A stretch of DNA of 64,000 nt from Eledone cirrhosa. Taxonomy: Eukaryota. The notes beneath the pieces are model-generated. The model was not told the DNA's origin and made no database searches. It was given only the letters and a program-made list of their open reading frames with translations. The DNA lies in NCBI GenBank assembly GCA_964016885.1, contig OZ024750.1:43462001-43526000 (forward strand), given 5' to 3'. The first letter of the stretch is position 1; every line of letters starts with the position of its first letter. Positions 44,821 through 61,171 of this stretch are shown here, one piece after another. The translations under genes were made by a program, and so were the position numbers.

Positions 44821-45645
44821 AATTGTTTCTACTATTGGCACAAGGCCAGCAAATTACCCAGTACATTACTGGTACTTTATTTTATCGACCCCGTAAGGAT
44901 GAAAGGCAAAGTTAACCTCGGCGGGATTTGAACTCAGAATGGCAAGGGCCGTAACTCTATGCGTCAAAGCATGGCGTCCGACCCTCTACCGATACTGGTA
45001 GTAATTAATAATATTAACTATTATTACTACTGCCAGCATAGTTACGTCCCTTTACGATCTGAGTTCAAATCCCGCCGAGGTTGACTTTGCCTTTGATAAA
45101 ATTGATAAAATTGATAAAATTGATAAAATAAAGTACCAGTAATGCACTGGGTTATTGCTGGCCTTGTGCCAAAAGTAGAAACAATTAATATTATATTAAC
45201 TATTATTACTACTGTCATTAATAATATAATGTCAAGTAAAGTGATGTTACTGTTGTTGGTTATGTTGATATAGTTGCTTATATTAATTATTTCTACTTTT
45301 TGGCACAAGGTCAGCAATTATCTCAGTATATTACTGGTACTTTATTTTATCGACCCCGTAAGGATGAAAGGCAAAGTTAACCTCGGCGGGATTTGAACTC
45401 AGACCATAAAGGGCCATAACTCTATGCTGCAAAACATGGCGTCCGACTCTCTACTGATACTGCCAATCAACACAATAATGATAATAATGATGATTAACCT
45501 AGTGTATTACTGGTACTTTATTTTATCGACCCCGTAAGGATGAAAGGCAAAGTTAATTCCGGCGGGATTTGAACTCAGACCATAAAGGGCCATAACTCTA
45601 TGCTCCAAAACATGGCGTCCAAACCCTCTACTGATACTGCCAATC
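44821..45645. mobile_element. Cluster of four Meta-domain SINEs (- 44821-44997, + 45035-45186, - 45285-45468, - 45494-45645)
   Basis: Same consensus; the + copy has an internal TTGATAAAA triplication. Confidence 0.88.
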
Positions 45646-45921
45646 AACACAATAATGATTATAATGATGATGACGATGACAATGTTGATGATATTGTTTA
45701 TAATTGTGTTCATGATGACACTAATTTTGTTGATGATGTTGTTGTTGTTGTTGTAGTTGTTGTTGTTGTTGATGTTATTGTTGTTGTTGGTGTTGGTGTT
45801 GTTGGTGATGATGATACTTGTATTAATGAATCAATACTTTATCAACGCTAAATACATCAAGAACAATTTATACAGAATTTAATACACATATTTATATATA
45901 TTTATATATACACCTACACAC

Positions 45922-45978
<57 letters not shown>

Positions 45979-46041
45979 TACATACACACACATATATGCT
46001 GGCAGAACGTATGAAAATATAAATTATATATATATATATAT

Positions 46042-46145
<104 letters not shown>

Positions 46146-46161
46146 TTTATATATATAAATG

Positions 46162-46193
<32 letters not shown>

Positions 46194-46234
46194 TATATAT
46201 ATAAATGTATATATATATATATAAATGTATATAC

Positions 46235-46278
<44 letters not shown>

Positions 46279-46363
46279 ATGTATGTGTATGGTGGCAGTG
46301 CTACCACACACATACACACACACACACATACACACACACGCACACACACACACACACGCACAC

Positions 46364-46403
<40 letters not shown>

Positions 46404-46534
46404 GTGTGTGTATATAATTACTTAGAATTCCATTCGACAGATCTGTTTTAAAATTAAAGCGAGTCTTCAATGAAAAACAAAAAACAAACATAAAAAAATA
46501 TTGCGATAAATGAGAAGACACACCTCTCTACTTA

Positions 46535-47995
46535 TCACCACCACCAACACCACAACCACTAACAACAACTCCACCACCACCAGCACCACCACCACCAACA
46601 CCACCAATAACACAACCACCAACAACAATACCACCACAACCACCAACACCGCAACCACCACCACCACCATCACCACCACCACCACCAGCACCACCAACAA
46701 CAACTCCACCACCAACACAACCAGCACCAGCACCACCAACACCACCACCAACACCACCAACACCACCACCACCACCACAACCACTAACAACAACTCCACC
46801 ACCACCAGCACCACCACCACCAACACCACCAATAACACAACCACCAACAACAACTCCACCACCAACACAACCAGCACCAGCACCAACACCACCACCACCA
46901 CCACAACCACTAACAACAACTCCACCACCAACACAACCAGCACCAGCACCACCAACACCACCACCACCACAACCACTAACAACAACTCCACCACCACCAG
47001 CACCACCACCACCAACACCACCAATAACACAACCACCAACAACAACTCCACCACCAACACAACCAGCACCAGCACCAACACCACCACCACCACCACAACC
47101 ACCAACAACAACTCCACCACCAACACAACCAGCACCAGCACCAACACCACCACCACCACCACAACCACTAACAACAACTCCACCACCACCAGCACCACCA
47201 CCACCAACACCACCAATAACACAACCACCAACAACAACTCCACCACCAACACAACCAGCACCAGCACCAACACCACCACCACCACCACAACCACTAACAA
47301 CAACTCCACCACCAACACAACCAGCACCAGCACCAACACCACCACCACCACCACAACCACTAACAACAACTCCACCACCACCAGCACCACCACCACCAAC
47401 ACCACCAATAACACAACCACCAACAACAACTCCACCACCAACACAACCAGCACCAGCACCAACACCACCACCACCACCACAACCACTAACAACAACTCCA
47501 CCACCAACACAACCAGCACCACCACCACCACACCATCACAACCACCAACACCACCACCATAACCACCAACACCGCAACCACCACCACTAACACCGCCACC
47601 ACCACCACCACTAACACCACCACCACCACCACCACCAACACCACCACCACTACCACCACCAACACGACCACCAACCACAATACCACCACAACCACCAACA
47701 CCGCAACCATCACCACTAACACCACCACCACCACTACCACCAACACAACCACCACCACCAACACCACCACCAACACAACCACCAACAACAACTCACCACT
47801 AACACAACCAGCACCACCACCACCACCATCACCACCACCACCAACAACAATACCACCACAACCACCAACACCGCAACCATCACCACTAACACCACCACCA
47901 CCACTACCACCAACACAACCACCACCACCAACACCACCACCAACACAACCACCAACAACAACTCCACCACTAACACAACCAGCACCACCACCACC

Positions 47996-48026
<31 letters not shown>

Positions 48027-48034
48027 CCACCACC

Positions 48035-48065
<31 letters not shown>

Positions 48066-48245
48066 CCACCACCACCACCAACAACAATACCACCACAACC
48101 ACCAACACTGCAGCCACCACCACTAACACCACCACCATCACCACCACCACCACCACCAACACAACCACCACCACCAACACCATCAACACAACCACCACCA
48201 CCACCACACCGCCATCACAACCACCACCACCACCACCACCACTAC
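46535..48245. repeat. (ACC/AAC)n compound minisatellite
   Basis: Direct inspection. Confidence 0.95.
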
Positions 48246-48619
48246 ATTTAATAGTAGATATGTAAAAAGAAGACAGAGACGGTTTATAATATAGCCCTGA
48301 GACATTTTACATGAAAACAACGTCAAAGATTCATCAAACGTATTTAATTATTTTGTAAATAAATTGGAGAAAACAGACGTTTTGTGTTATTGAAAGGGTT
48401 AAGACGATATTAGAATAAGTTTGAAATAATATATAAATAGTTAATTGAAGTGAATATGTGGAGTAGAATAAAGAGCTTTGTGTATCCAATGTTATATCTA
48501 ATGTTAGATATACTTTATAGAAAAATAGATTATTAAACATGGAAGCCAAATATACCGTAGGGAATAATCGCTTGATAATTAGAGATATAATATACATATA
48601 CATATATATAAAGTTATAA

Positions 48620-48695
<76 letters not shown>

Positions 48696-48701
48696 ATATA
48701 T

Positions 48702-48765
<64 letters not shown>

Positions 48766-49214
48766 TTTACAAATTATTCCCGGAGATTGTTTTTAGTGTG
48801 TTTATATATATATATGTCAATCTATTTCTAGTTGATATAAAATGCTCGGAACTATTCATTGGAATCTTTGAGCTTATTCTGCAGTGAATATGGCGCATGT
48901 CTCTCAGACATGACAACCTTACCTTAATTTAATTTTGGATATATATATATATATATACACATAGATGTATATATAAATATATATATAAATATGTTTCGAA
49001 ACAGCGAGCGAATTTGAAATTAGAAATAGAAGCTTTCGCCGTATTTTTATATATATATATATATATACATATATATACATACATACAGGCTGTCCGAATT
49101 GATGTGGGAAAGACAGGTACACATGTTGTTGAAGTGTGTTTTACTCCGTCAATACATCGATATGTCCAGCTCCTGGTATTGTTGTTATTCCTCTGAGGAA
49201 CTGGAATCATACTA

Positions 49215-49347
49215 AAAAAACTATCAGCTCTAGGGATACGGGAATGAGTAGACAGGACCTGGGGGCAGCGATGGGCGACAGGGAATTCTGGGGCACGAGA
49301 GTGAGATCCATCATCTCGACAGTAGTCGACGAATGATGATGATGATA
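49215..49347 (+). mobile_element. RTE-like LINE extreme 3' end with (TGA)n tail
   Basis: SRDTGMSRQDLGAAMGDREFW...* followed by (GAT)n. Confidence 0.65.
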
Positions 49348-49766
49348 GTGCAAGCGCCCCCTGATCTCATCAACAGTCGAGCCGAAACCGTCATCAATTG
49401 CGTCCATAGACTACAACAGTCGTTCTACAGATGGACCCCAGATAATACTCAAACACCATAATACTAGGGCATTTTACACCGCGCTCTGGCTTGTCTTAAA
49501 ACGGTGGGCTAAAAATTAAACATCAGTGAACAATACTATTATACAGCCCCCCGTCATCCCTCAAGTGTGTTGCCATACATGTGCCTCGTCGTATTCCTTC
49601 ACACTATCGGAAAAAATCTTGAGTATCTCTGCAGGATCGATGATTGTACCATTTAAACACGATGGGCGTATAATCATGTGCTTGTGCAGGGCCTGATGTT
49701 TATGATTTACACTTCTCGGCGTTTAAACCTTTGTTGAAATTGCATCCGGGTGTCTGTGTGTGTTTT

Positions 49767-50063
49767 TAGGACAGAACAAAAGAGAGGCACAAAACAAAGA
49801 AAAGAATCCCCAGTCACTGACTGAAGAGGTCACAGAATGTGTGACGAAAGAACTTTGACAATATATGAACAACCGTCCGGTTATGGAACCAACCAACCAA
49901 CAAATCGGAAATTTATAAATTCTTAAATTTATAAATATAATTTATAATAAATTGGAGTGAAAGCAACTGGTGCGTGTGTTTCTTATTGAAACACACGCAT
50001 AACAATATCGGTTTCAACACACGTTTTCAGATAAATAATCTTGCTAAACAAATTCAGAAACGA
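49767..50063 (+). mobile_element. Diverged family B PLE 3' end; hammerhead 49813-49859 with CTGA duplication
   Basis: Similarity to 34800-35101. Confidence 0.75.
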
Positions 50064-50080
50064 TATATATATATATATAT

Positions 50081-50972
<892 letters not shown>

Positions 50973-51671
50973 TATCTGTGTGCAATATCTAGGAATTAAA
51001 TAAAGAGTCTATTATTCATAAAAAAATGGAGGTATGTTGTTTGCTCGTCTTTTATCATAGAGAAACACAGAGAAAAATGAACCATAACGACAATAGTGAA
51101 GTTTGGCCAAGTCTAAAAATGAAGATCATATAAGAAGTAGAAATGAAAACATATGTTATTGATGTATAAAACCAGGAACAAACAGGAACAGGAGTGCCAT
51201 GTTGTTTTTATCTAATGATCTAAGAACGCTACATGTTACGTCCATTGCATATTAGAACGTTAAAACTTAATGTTATTACCCGTGGCGCTTCTTGTACGAC
51301 AATTTAAAAGAGTTCCACATACTTTAATGCTTCTACACACACTCACATGCATACACCCCCACATACACACACATATACACACACAGATATGCATACACAC
51401 GCACACACATATATATACGCACACACATATATATACGCACACACACATATGCATACACACACACACAGACACACATATACGCACACACACATATGCATAC
51501 ATGCACACACACCACACACATATACGCACACACACACACATATGAATGCACACACACATATATACACACACACAAACAGATACACACATACACACACATA
51601 TACATATAGGCGCGTGGACACACGTACACACACACATATACGCACACACACATATACGCGCGTGGACACAG

Positions 51672-51703
<32 letters not shown>

Positions 51704-52036
51704 GCGCGTGTACACAGGCTCACACATATACTACACATACACACACATACACACACACACATATACGCGCGTGGACACACGCACACACATACACATATAT
51801 GATCACGCATATGTATAAACGCTCGAAAAAGATTGATATATAATAATATATATTGATATATATTATTATATATAACACACACACACACTCACACATATAT
51901 ATATATATATAATACACATATATTTATATATATATATGGTATATACATATATTTATATATATATGGTATATATATATATATATATATGCATATATATACG
52001 TATATATATATAATATACATATATTAATATATATAT

Positions 52037-52093
<57 letters not shown>

Positions 52094-52164
52094 CATATAT
52101 TTATATATATATGGTATATATATATATATAATACACATATATTTATATATATATGGGTATATAT

Positions 52165-52817
52165 ATAAAAACAAATAACGAAACGAAATTAAATTTCGTT
52201 TCGTTTGTAACTCACTTTTGTATGACTGACGCTTAAACAATTAAGTTAAAAATGTACATCCACATATGTATACTGAAATACTAGTATGCATATGAATACA
52301 CACACGTATACATATGTAGATGTACCGAGTTTTTCACTGGTCACTTTACTGTGAGTGTCCAGCTATTCTGTATGTAAACACACAGACAAACCGGTTTTTA
52401 GAGTCATACTGGTTTTTGAGGAAACACCTTTCCTCTATTCTCCAGAAAGCCAGACAAGGAATATTGAACTAGTTTCGATGTTGTTACATCTCATCAGCAA
52501 TATTTACCTATCTTCCGGCCTTTCTAGAGAATCGTAAAAGCACATATCGTTATATGCTTTTTCTATGAAAATTAGTAGTGGGCAGACTAATTTGCATAGA
52601 GCGTGAGTACGTACCGGTTCAACGGAGACGATAAAAACAAATAACGAAACGAAATTAAATTTCGTTTCGTTTGTAACTCACTTTTGTATGACTGACGCTT
52701 AAACAATTAAGTTAAAAATGTACATCCACATATGTATACTGAAATACTAGTATGCATATGAATACACACACGTATACATATGTAGATGTACCGAGTTTTT
52801 CACTGGTCACTTTACTG
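52165..52817 (-). mobile_element. Probable PLE remnant with direct repeat of about 185 bp (52165-52352, 52632-52817)
   Basis: Direct repeat, TA flanks, hammerhead in between. Confidence 0.65.
52460..52504 (-). ncRNA. Minimal hammerhead, family I
   Basis: AAUAUUG-CUGAUGA-GAUGU/ACAUC-GAAA-CUAG-UU^-CAAUAUU; palindromic AACUAGUU stem III. Confidence 0.82.
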
Positions 52818-52863
52818 TATATATATATATATATATATAATATACATATATTTATATATATAT

Positions 52864-52901
<38 letters not shown>

Positions 52902-52925
52902 TATATATATATATATATATATATA

Positions 52926-53060
<135 letters not shown>

Positions 53061-53079
53061 CATATATTTATATATATAT

Positions 53080-53156
<77 letters not shown>

Positions 53157-53160
53157 CATA

Positions 53161-53197
<37 letters not shown>

Positions 53198-53216
53198 CAT
53201 ATATTTATATATATAT

Positions 53217-53255
<39 letters not shown>

Positions 53256-53322
53256 CATATATTTATATATATATGGTATATATATATATATATATAAAAT
53301 ATACATATATTTATATATATAT

Positions 53323-53370
<48 letters not shown>

Positions 53371-53537
53371 AACTTAAATGTGTATACAGAAGTGTATGTA
53401 GATAGTTAACGAGACAAGTGTAATTAGAAAAGAGAAGGTATATTGTCATGATCGTATATTTAGTGAATGGTCAAACATATATTTAAATGTCTCATACACG
53501 ACTCTTCCACACGCTGCATATCTCTCTTCTTCGCTCC

Positions 53538-53582
<45 letters not shown>

Positions 53583-53586
53583 CAGA

Positions 53587-53624
<38 letters not shown>

Positions 53625-53987
53625 ACCATATATAATATAGAATACACAATGGGTATTCTATATTATATATACGGTTCTTTATTCTCGCTCTCTTTTACAT
53701 TTGATATATATATATAATATATAATGTGTATGTGTGTGTATATGTGTGCGCGTATAAGTGTGTGTGTGCGTGTGTCCACGCGAGTATATGTGTATGTGTG
53801 TGTATGTGTGTATCTGTGTGTATATATATATATATTTTTGTTTAACCTGTTTAGCTTGCTTTCTTTTTTTGGCTCCAGTGACTGATGGCTTCATGGCCGC
53901 CGTTTTCAGTTTGTTTGGCCTCTATAACCTATGTTTATTGCTCTGGTCTTCTTTTAGTCCATGGAGCACTTGCCGCATATCTCGAAA

Positions 53988-54057
<70 letters not shown>

Positions 54058-54172
54058 AGATAAGCAGAACAAGTAAAATTAAACCAATTTTTCAAAATAT
54101 ATCAAAATTAATTTACAATTAGAATTAATCAAAATTAAAAAAATATAATATAAATATTTACCTATTCAAGTG

Positions 54173-54253
54173 GCTCTTACTGTATAGTTTCACTTTGCAA
54201 AACATTAGATATCACATGGATATTAATGGAAAAACAAAGATCATCAGAGAAGC
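54173..54253 (-). ncRNA. Type-I hammerhead, family J
   Basis: UUCU-CUGAUGA-U CUUUG...CAAAG U-GAAA-CU(AUAC)AG-UA^-AGAG. Confidence 0.72.
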
Positions 54254-54350
54254 ATTTTCCTTTCCTAGGGTTAAACACCTCAGGAACGATAAAATATATT
54301 ACTTCGTCTCCTACTAACACAGGTCTGAAACCACCTTGAATCATAGACAA

Positions 54351-54407
<57 letters not shown>

Positions 54408-54703
54408 AAAAGGAATCGAAAATGCAACTGGAGTCTTTTTTAAGAATATTTATTTGTTTCTTTTACCGGTTTCCCAGTTCTTATGCTTTTCAAAAAGTAG
54501 AATTGAGAAGGAGGGTTGGTGGTTTATCTCGTATCTTTAAAAAAACCTACCAATTCGAGCGACTTTTTTCCACATAAAACAGAAGTAACGTTCGAACACC
54601 AACCAGATGAGAGAAAAATCACATACCCCCCCCCCCCCCCCATCTCAATTCACTCGTGTAGGACATCTCGTTTTCTTTTTCTTTTAATAAATACATCATC
54701 TTG

Positions 54704-54743
<40 letters not shown>

Positions 54744-54908
54744 TAGTATTGGTGCTCTGAAATAGCGATGTATACATGAATGTATGTATAGTATATTTGG
54801 CAATATACCATATGTTTAATTAAAAACATTTTGAAGACCTTGGGTATCATTTTTAAAGTAGTGACTATGTCACTTACTTCTTTTTTGACGGAAAACGAAG
54901 GCATAGAA

Positions 54909-54949
54909 GCTGACAGATTCTGTTTCACACTGTTGGTGATCCTCAGAGC
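54909..54949 (-). ncRNA. Type-I hammerhead, family K
   Basis: GCU-CUGAGGA-U CAC(CAACA)GUG U-GAAA-CAG(AAU)CUG-UC^-AGC; lies in a TA-flanked unit (54743-55026) with a short inverted end. Confidence 0.8.
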
Positions 54950-55021
54950 AACGTACTCTGCCGAAAAAATTATAGTTTTTAATTAAACATACGGTATATT
55001 GCCAAATATACTATAAATACA

Positions 55022-55063
<42 letters not shown>

Positions 55064-55069
<6 letters not shown>

Positions 55070-55436
55070 GAAATATAAACTATCGCCGTATTTTGACTAA
55101 AGAAATTACTTAGCCTGATAGTGGGGTTAAGAACCCTCGGAGAAATGGTTCTTAACTCCACTATCAGGCTAAGTAATTTCTTTAGTCAAAATACGGCGAT
55201 AGCTTATATTTCTAATTTCAAACTCGCTCGCTGTTTTGAAAATATTCTTACTTGATATATATGTACGGTAACACTCATCTTTTTCCATTTCTCCGAGAGT
55301 TATAAACCCCACTATCAGGCTAGAAATTTCTTTAGTCTAAAATACGGTGAAAGCTTATAATTTCTAATTTCTAATTTGAAACTCGCGCACCGTTTCAAAA
55401 ACATACTTACATGTTTACGTTCATAATTTATTTCTT

Positions 55437-55440
<4 letters not shown>
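55064..55440. mobile_element. TA-flanked inverted plus tandem repeat family (fragments also at 36040-36140 and 48990-49050)
   Basis: About 73-bp inverted arms 55064-55219, then a tandem unit of about 150 bp; no hammerhead core found. Confidence 0.5.
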
Positions 55441-55475
<35 letters not shown>

Positions 55476-55662
55476 GTTTCATTATAAAGATGATTTCTGC
55501 ACTAGAAACCACAAGGCGAGTGATGAGACAGTTCTAGCCTTGGAGAAGTCATTTTCATAATAAAATAACTATACTCTACCTTTACTCCACTAACTTATCA
55601 AATATCCTTTTTTTTTTTTTGACACTGGTCGCCTTTCGATTTACATCGGGAGGCGACCAGTG

Positions 55663-55714
<52 letters not shown>

Positions 55715-55724
55715 ATATATATAT

Positions 55725-56135
55725 ATAATAAATATAAAATAGTAATAATAAATTTAAAGACCAAAATCCACTATATATATTAAACATATGTATATATACA
55801 CTCACACACACACATACACATACATACACACACGCACGCACACGCACACACACACACACACACATATATAAATATAAAATAGTAATAATAAATTTAAAGA
55901 CCAAAATCCACTATATATATGAAATATATGTATATATACACTCACACACACACACACACATACATACACACACGCACGCACACGCACACACACGCACACA
56001 CACACACACACATATATAAATATAAAATAGTAATAATAAATTTAAAGACCAAAATCCACTATATATATGAAATATATGTATATATATACACACACATACA
56101 CATACATACACACACACACGCATGCACACGCACGC

Positions 56136-56215
<80 letters not shown>

Positions 56216-56341
56216 ACACACACACATATATATATATATAATTATAAAAATAAAGTTGTAATACTAAATGCAGAGACAAAAAACCCTTATATATATGATA
56301 TATATGTATATACATGTACACACATACACACACACACACAG

Positions 56342-56345
<4 letters not shown>
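55725..56345. repeat. Tandem repeat of about 140-230 bp containing (CA)n, about 4 units
   Basis: AAATAGTAATAATAAATTTAAAGACCAAAATCCAC is repeated. Confidence 0.85.
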
Positions 56346-56379
<34 letters not shown>

Positions 56380-56560
56380 CTATGTATGTACCCTAACGCA
56401 AACGTACAAAATTCCCCTCCCAGCACCACCATATCTATCTCTCTCTCTATATATATATATGTGGTAAGTGACCTCCAGCTGTACGGTACTTAGTAATACC
56501 CGTATGCTGGTAGGTAGTGTATGTATGTAATATAAGATAAAACAACGCTGATACAAAGAT

Positions 56561-56593
<33 letters not shown>

Positions 56594-56799
56594 TTAACAA
56601 TGACTACAACAACATAAACAAGAACAACTGCAATCGTAATAATAATATCATGGAACTTTTCTTCTTCTACACATCAAACTTTGAAACGGAAGTGATGACA
56701 TGCGGATATGTTTGCAATATTTTCCCGAGCAAAGCACTAAGATGTTTTAAGGCACATTTCCGTCCCCCCACATTATCTCACACCTTGAAATATTTAAAA

Positions 56800-58735
56800 G
56801 GTAAACAACAACAACAACCACAACAACAGGAAAGACTTCAACACTAACAACAACAACACCACCACCACCACAACCCCCAACAACAACACCACCGCCAACA
56901 ACAATAACAACAATAACAACAGCAACAACAGGAAAGATTTGAACACCACCAACAACAACACCGCCACCACCACCACGACCAGCAACAACAACAACAGCAC
57001 CACCATCAACAGCAACACCACCACCACCTCCACCACTACCACCACCAACAACAACACCACCACCACCAACACTACCACCAACAACAACACCACCACCACC
57101 ACCACCAGCACCACCACCAACAACACCACCACCAACAACAACAACACCACCACCACCACTACCACCACAACAACACCACCACCAACAACAACAACAGCAC
57201 CACCAACACCACTAACTCCACCACCACCACCACCACCAACACCACCACCACCACCACCAACACCACCACCAACACCACCACCAACAACAACACCACCACC
57301 AACAACAGCAATCTTAATAAACAGCAAGTATGTAATACAGGATACATCAATGTTTCTTAATGCATCTATGAATAAATAAAGAAATAAATAGCTAGATAAT
57401 TATGGGGGAAATTATGTTGAAAGGGCCCGAAGTGACGGCCATTTCGGCAAATATTACTCTTCTCATATAGAATAGCTGGTTGCTTTGGTTGGCCAACGGC
57501 GGCCATTTTCTCTCTTTTGTTTTTTATATAATGAACATGAAAACTCACACCACCCCCGATAGTTTTAAACATTGCATACAATTGTTCCTGTTTTGTATGT
57601 GTTTATGATGTACACTAACTACGATGACGTCAACAACAACAGCAACAGCAATATTTACAACATCACGTACAACAACAATAACAACACCAACAACAACGAC
57701 ACCAATAACGACAACAACAATTACAACAGCAACAACAACAATAACAACACCGGCAACACTACCGCCACCACCACCACCACCACCACCATCACCACCAAAA
57801 CCATCACCACCAACACCACCACCACCAACAACACCACCACCAACAACACCACCACCACCACCACCACCACCAACACCATCACTACCACCACCACCAACAC
57901 CACCACCAACAACACCACTACCAACAACACCACCACCAACACACCCCACCACCACTACCACCACCGACAACACCACCACCAACAACACCACCACCACCAA
58001 CACCACCACCAACACCACCACCACCACCACCACCACTAACACCACCAACAACACTACCACCAACAACACCACCACCACCACCACCACCACCAACACCATC
58101 ACTACCACCACCACCAACACCACCACCAACAACACCACTACCAACAACACCACCACCAACACACCCCACCACCACTACCACCACCGACAACACCACCACC
58201 AACAACACCACCACCACCAACACCACCACCAACACCACCACCACCACCACCACCACTAACACCACCAACAACACTACCACCAACAACACCACCACCACCA
58301 CCACCACCACCAACACCATCACTACCACCACCACCAACACCACCACCAACAACACCACTACCAACAACACCACCACCAACACACCCCACCACCACTACCA
58401 CCACCGACAACACCACCACCAACAACACCACCACCACCAACACCACCACCAACACCACCACCACCACCACCACCACCAACACCACCACCAACACCGCCAC
58501 CAACACCACCACCACCACCACCAACACCACCAACAACACCACCACCGCCAACACCACCAACACCACCACCACCACCACCACTAACACCACCAACAACACT
58601 ACCACCAACAACACCACCACTACCACCACCACCAACACCACCACCAACACCGCCACCAACACCACCACCACCACCACCACCACCACCAACACCACCAACA
58701 ACACCACCACCGCCAACACCACCACCACCACCAGC
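56800..58735. repeat. (ACC/AAC)n tracts with a 220-bp higher-order repeat (about 57800-58470)
   Basis: ACACCCCACC recurs at 57941, 58161 and 58381. Confidence 0.9.
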
Positions 58736-59082
58736 AATGTGTCATTTTATAAAACAGTCGAGAATAATTTGATGGAGATTTAAAAGGAAAAAATCTGTTT
58801 TCTGATTAAACCCCTCGACACTTATTCCGGTCCACAACACTTTGAATTCAAACAGTCAAGGACAGTCAAGGACAGCAATACCTTTCAATCTTTCGATAAA
58901 AATGTACCAGTTAAATACTAGCGTACATGTCTCCGTCAATATCGCTTTCTCATTTCCTCTCTCTTTCATTCTTTCTTCTCAGGAAGAAATAGGCTCTGTT
59001 CAGATCTGGAGATGTGATTGGGCTCCGCCAGGTTTTAACAAAATACCTGAGGAACGCTGTATGAAACAACGGCGCTCCACCG

Positions 59083-59337
59083 ACGCATGGCTTAGTGGTT
59101 AGAGCATTAGGCTTGCAATCGAAAGGTTGTGTGTTCAATTCTCGGACCGGGTGATGTGTTGTTTCCTTGAGCAAGACACTTTATTTCACGTTGCTCCAGT
59201 TTACTCAGCTGTAGAAATGAGATGATAGGGACTGGGGTCCCTATCATTAAATCACCCACGACACCTCCAACGAGATATACCTTGGAGGAGGCCTGCTAAC
59301 CCTGCATAGGTGTGAGCTGTCACAACAACAACAACAC
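59083..59337 (+). mobile_element. CORE-domain tRNA-SINE (octopus OR2-like) with (ACA)n tail
   Basis: A box TGGCTTAGTGG, B box GTTCAATTC, CORE-like CCTTGAGCAAGACACTT...CTCCAGTTTACTCAGCTGTAGAAATG. Confidence 0.8.
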
Positions 59338-59669
59338 CGACTCTAATACCAAGAGTTATAAGATCCTGAATATATAAAACTGAAATCTTGAACTAAACTC
59401 AAACACCTCCAGTATAAACTTGGCCAACCCCAGGGATCTCGGGACCCCAGCCTGGGGGTTGCAGATTTAACAACCTCCTCATTAAGATAATAAGTTGGTA
59501 ACATAACATTCCATATATACAGAGTTAATATTAGCCTAAATGACGGCTTTAATGGAATCCCACTTGACAGGAACTGTAGGGAACACACTTCCGGTCGCCA
59601 GCGTTAGTCATTTCGTTTTACACTACTACTGTTACTGCCACTTCCCTACAGGCTTTTTGTTTCTTGCTC

Positions 59670-59703
<34 letters not shown>

Positions 59704-59784
59704 AGGAGTTGACGGACCCCAGTATATATATATATATATATCTGATGGTAGCTAAGATGCTTCCATAGGCGGTATATATATGAT

Positions 59785-60158
<374 letters not shown>

Positions 60159-60193
60159 AGTGTGTTTGTGTGTGTATATGTATATATGAGTGT

Positions 60194-60259
<66 letters not shown>

Positions 60260-60317
60260 AAGTGTGTTTGTGTGTGTATATGTATATATGAGTGTGTATG
60301 CGTGTGTATATATATAT

Positions 60318-60444
60318 GAAAAGAGTAAAAGAGTCAGGTTTCCGATGGGCTCCTGACTCTTTTCCTATTACCCACTCTATTACCCTAAGTATTGAGTACT
60401 CTGGTGCGTTATGGTCCACCTTCTATCTTACCACACCTACTTTG

Positions 60445-60446
<2 letters not shown>
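60318..60446 (+). mobile_element. Family L-related PLE tail remnant
   Basis: Similar to 2001-2087. Confidence 0.6.
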
Positions 60447-60499
<53 letters not shown>

Positions 60500-60602
60500 C
60501 TGTATATATTCCACTCTATATACATACATAGATACATACAAACATACATACATACATAGATACATACAAACATACATACATACATACATACATATATACA
60601 TA

Positions 60603-61045
60603 CATGCCACCAAATTAAAGTACACCCGGCCTGATATTGTTGTTTGGGACCACACATTGAACACGTGTTCTGTTGTGGAGTTCAGCTGCTCACTTGATGT
60701 AAACGTTGTCAGAAAAATACAGGAGAAGGAGAACATCTACGGACCATTGATGTGGAGTTCACAAATCCAGTATCCAAGATACACCTTTAGCTTCATACCC
60801 ATCATTATTGGAGCTACGGGTTATATACCAACCCGCTTGGACCAAAGTATGACTGAACTTGGATTTGCAGACAAAGAGCGCAGCTCCCTAATTCATAGTC
60901 TACAAATGGCTGCGATACCTGGCACCTTCAAAGTTTGCAAAACATTCTTGCGATTCAAGGGATGACAATTTCTTTTCTTTTACAACCTTGCCACCAGGAA
61001 GGTGGCCGGTCAAAAAATATACTCGAAATTAAGAGAAGAGAGACA
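60603..61045 (+). mobile_element. RLE-type non-LTR 3' end in a (TACA)n tract
   Basis: YTRPDIVVWD...VVEFSCSLDVNV...KENIYGPL...PIIIGATG (PD..D...E restriction-like motif). Confidence 0.85.
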
Positions 61046-61171
61046 TACATGAATACATACACACATACATGTATACATACATATACACATACATACAAAC
61101 ATACATACATACACACATAGTACATACACACATACATACATACATACATACATATATACATACATACATAA

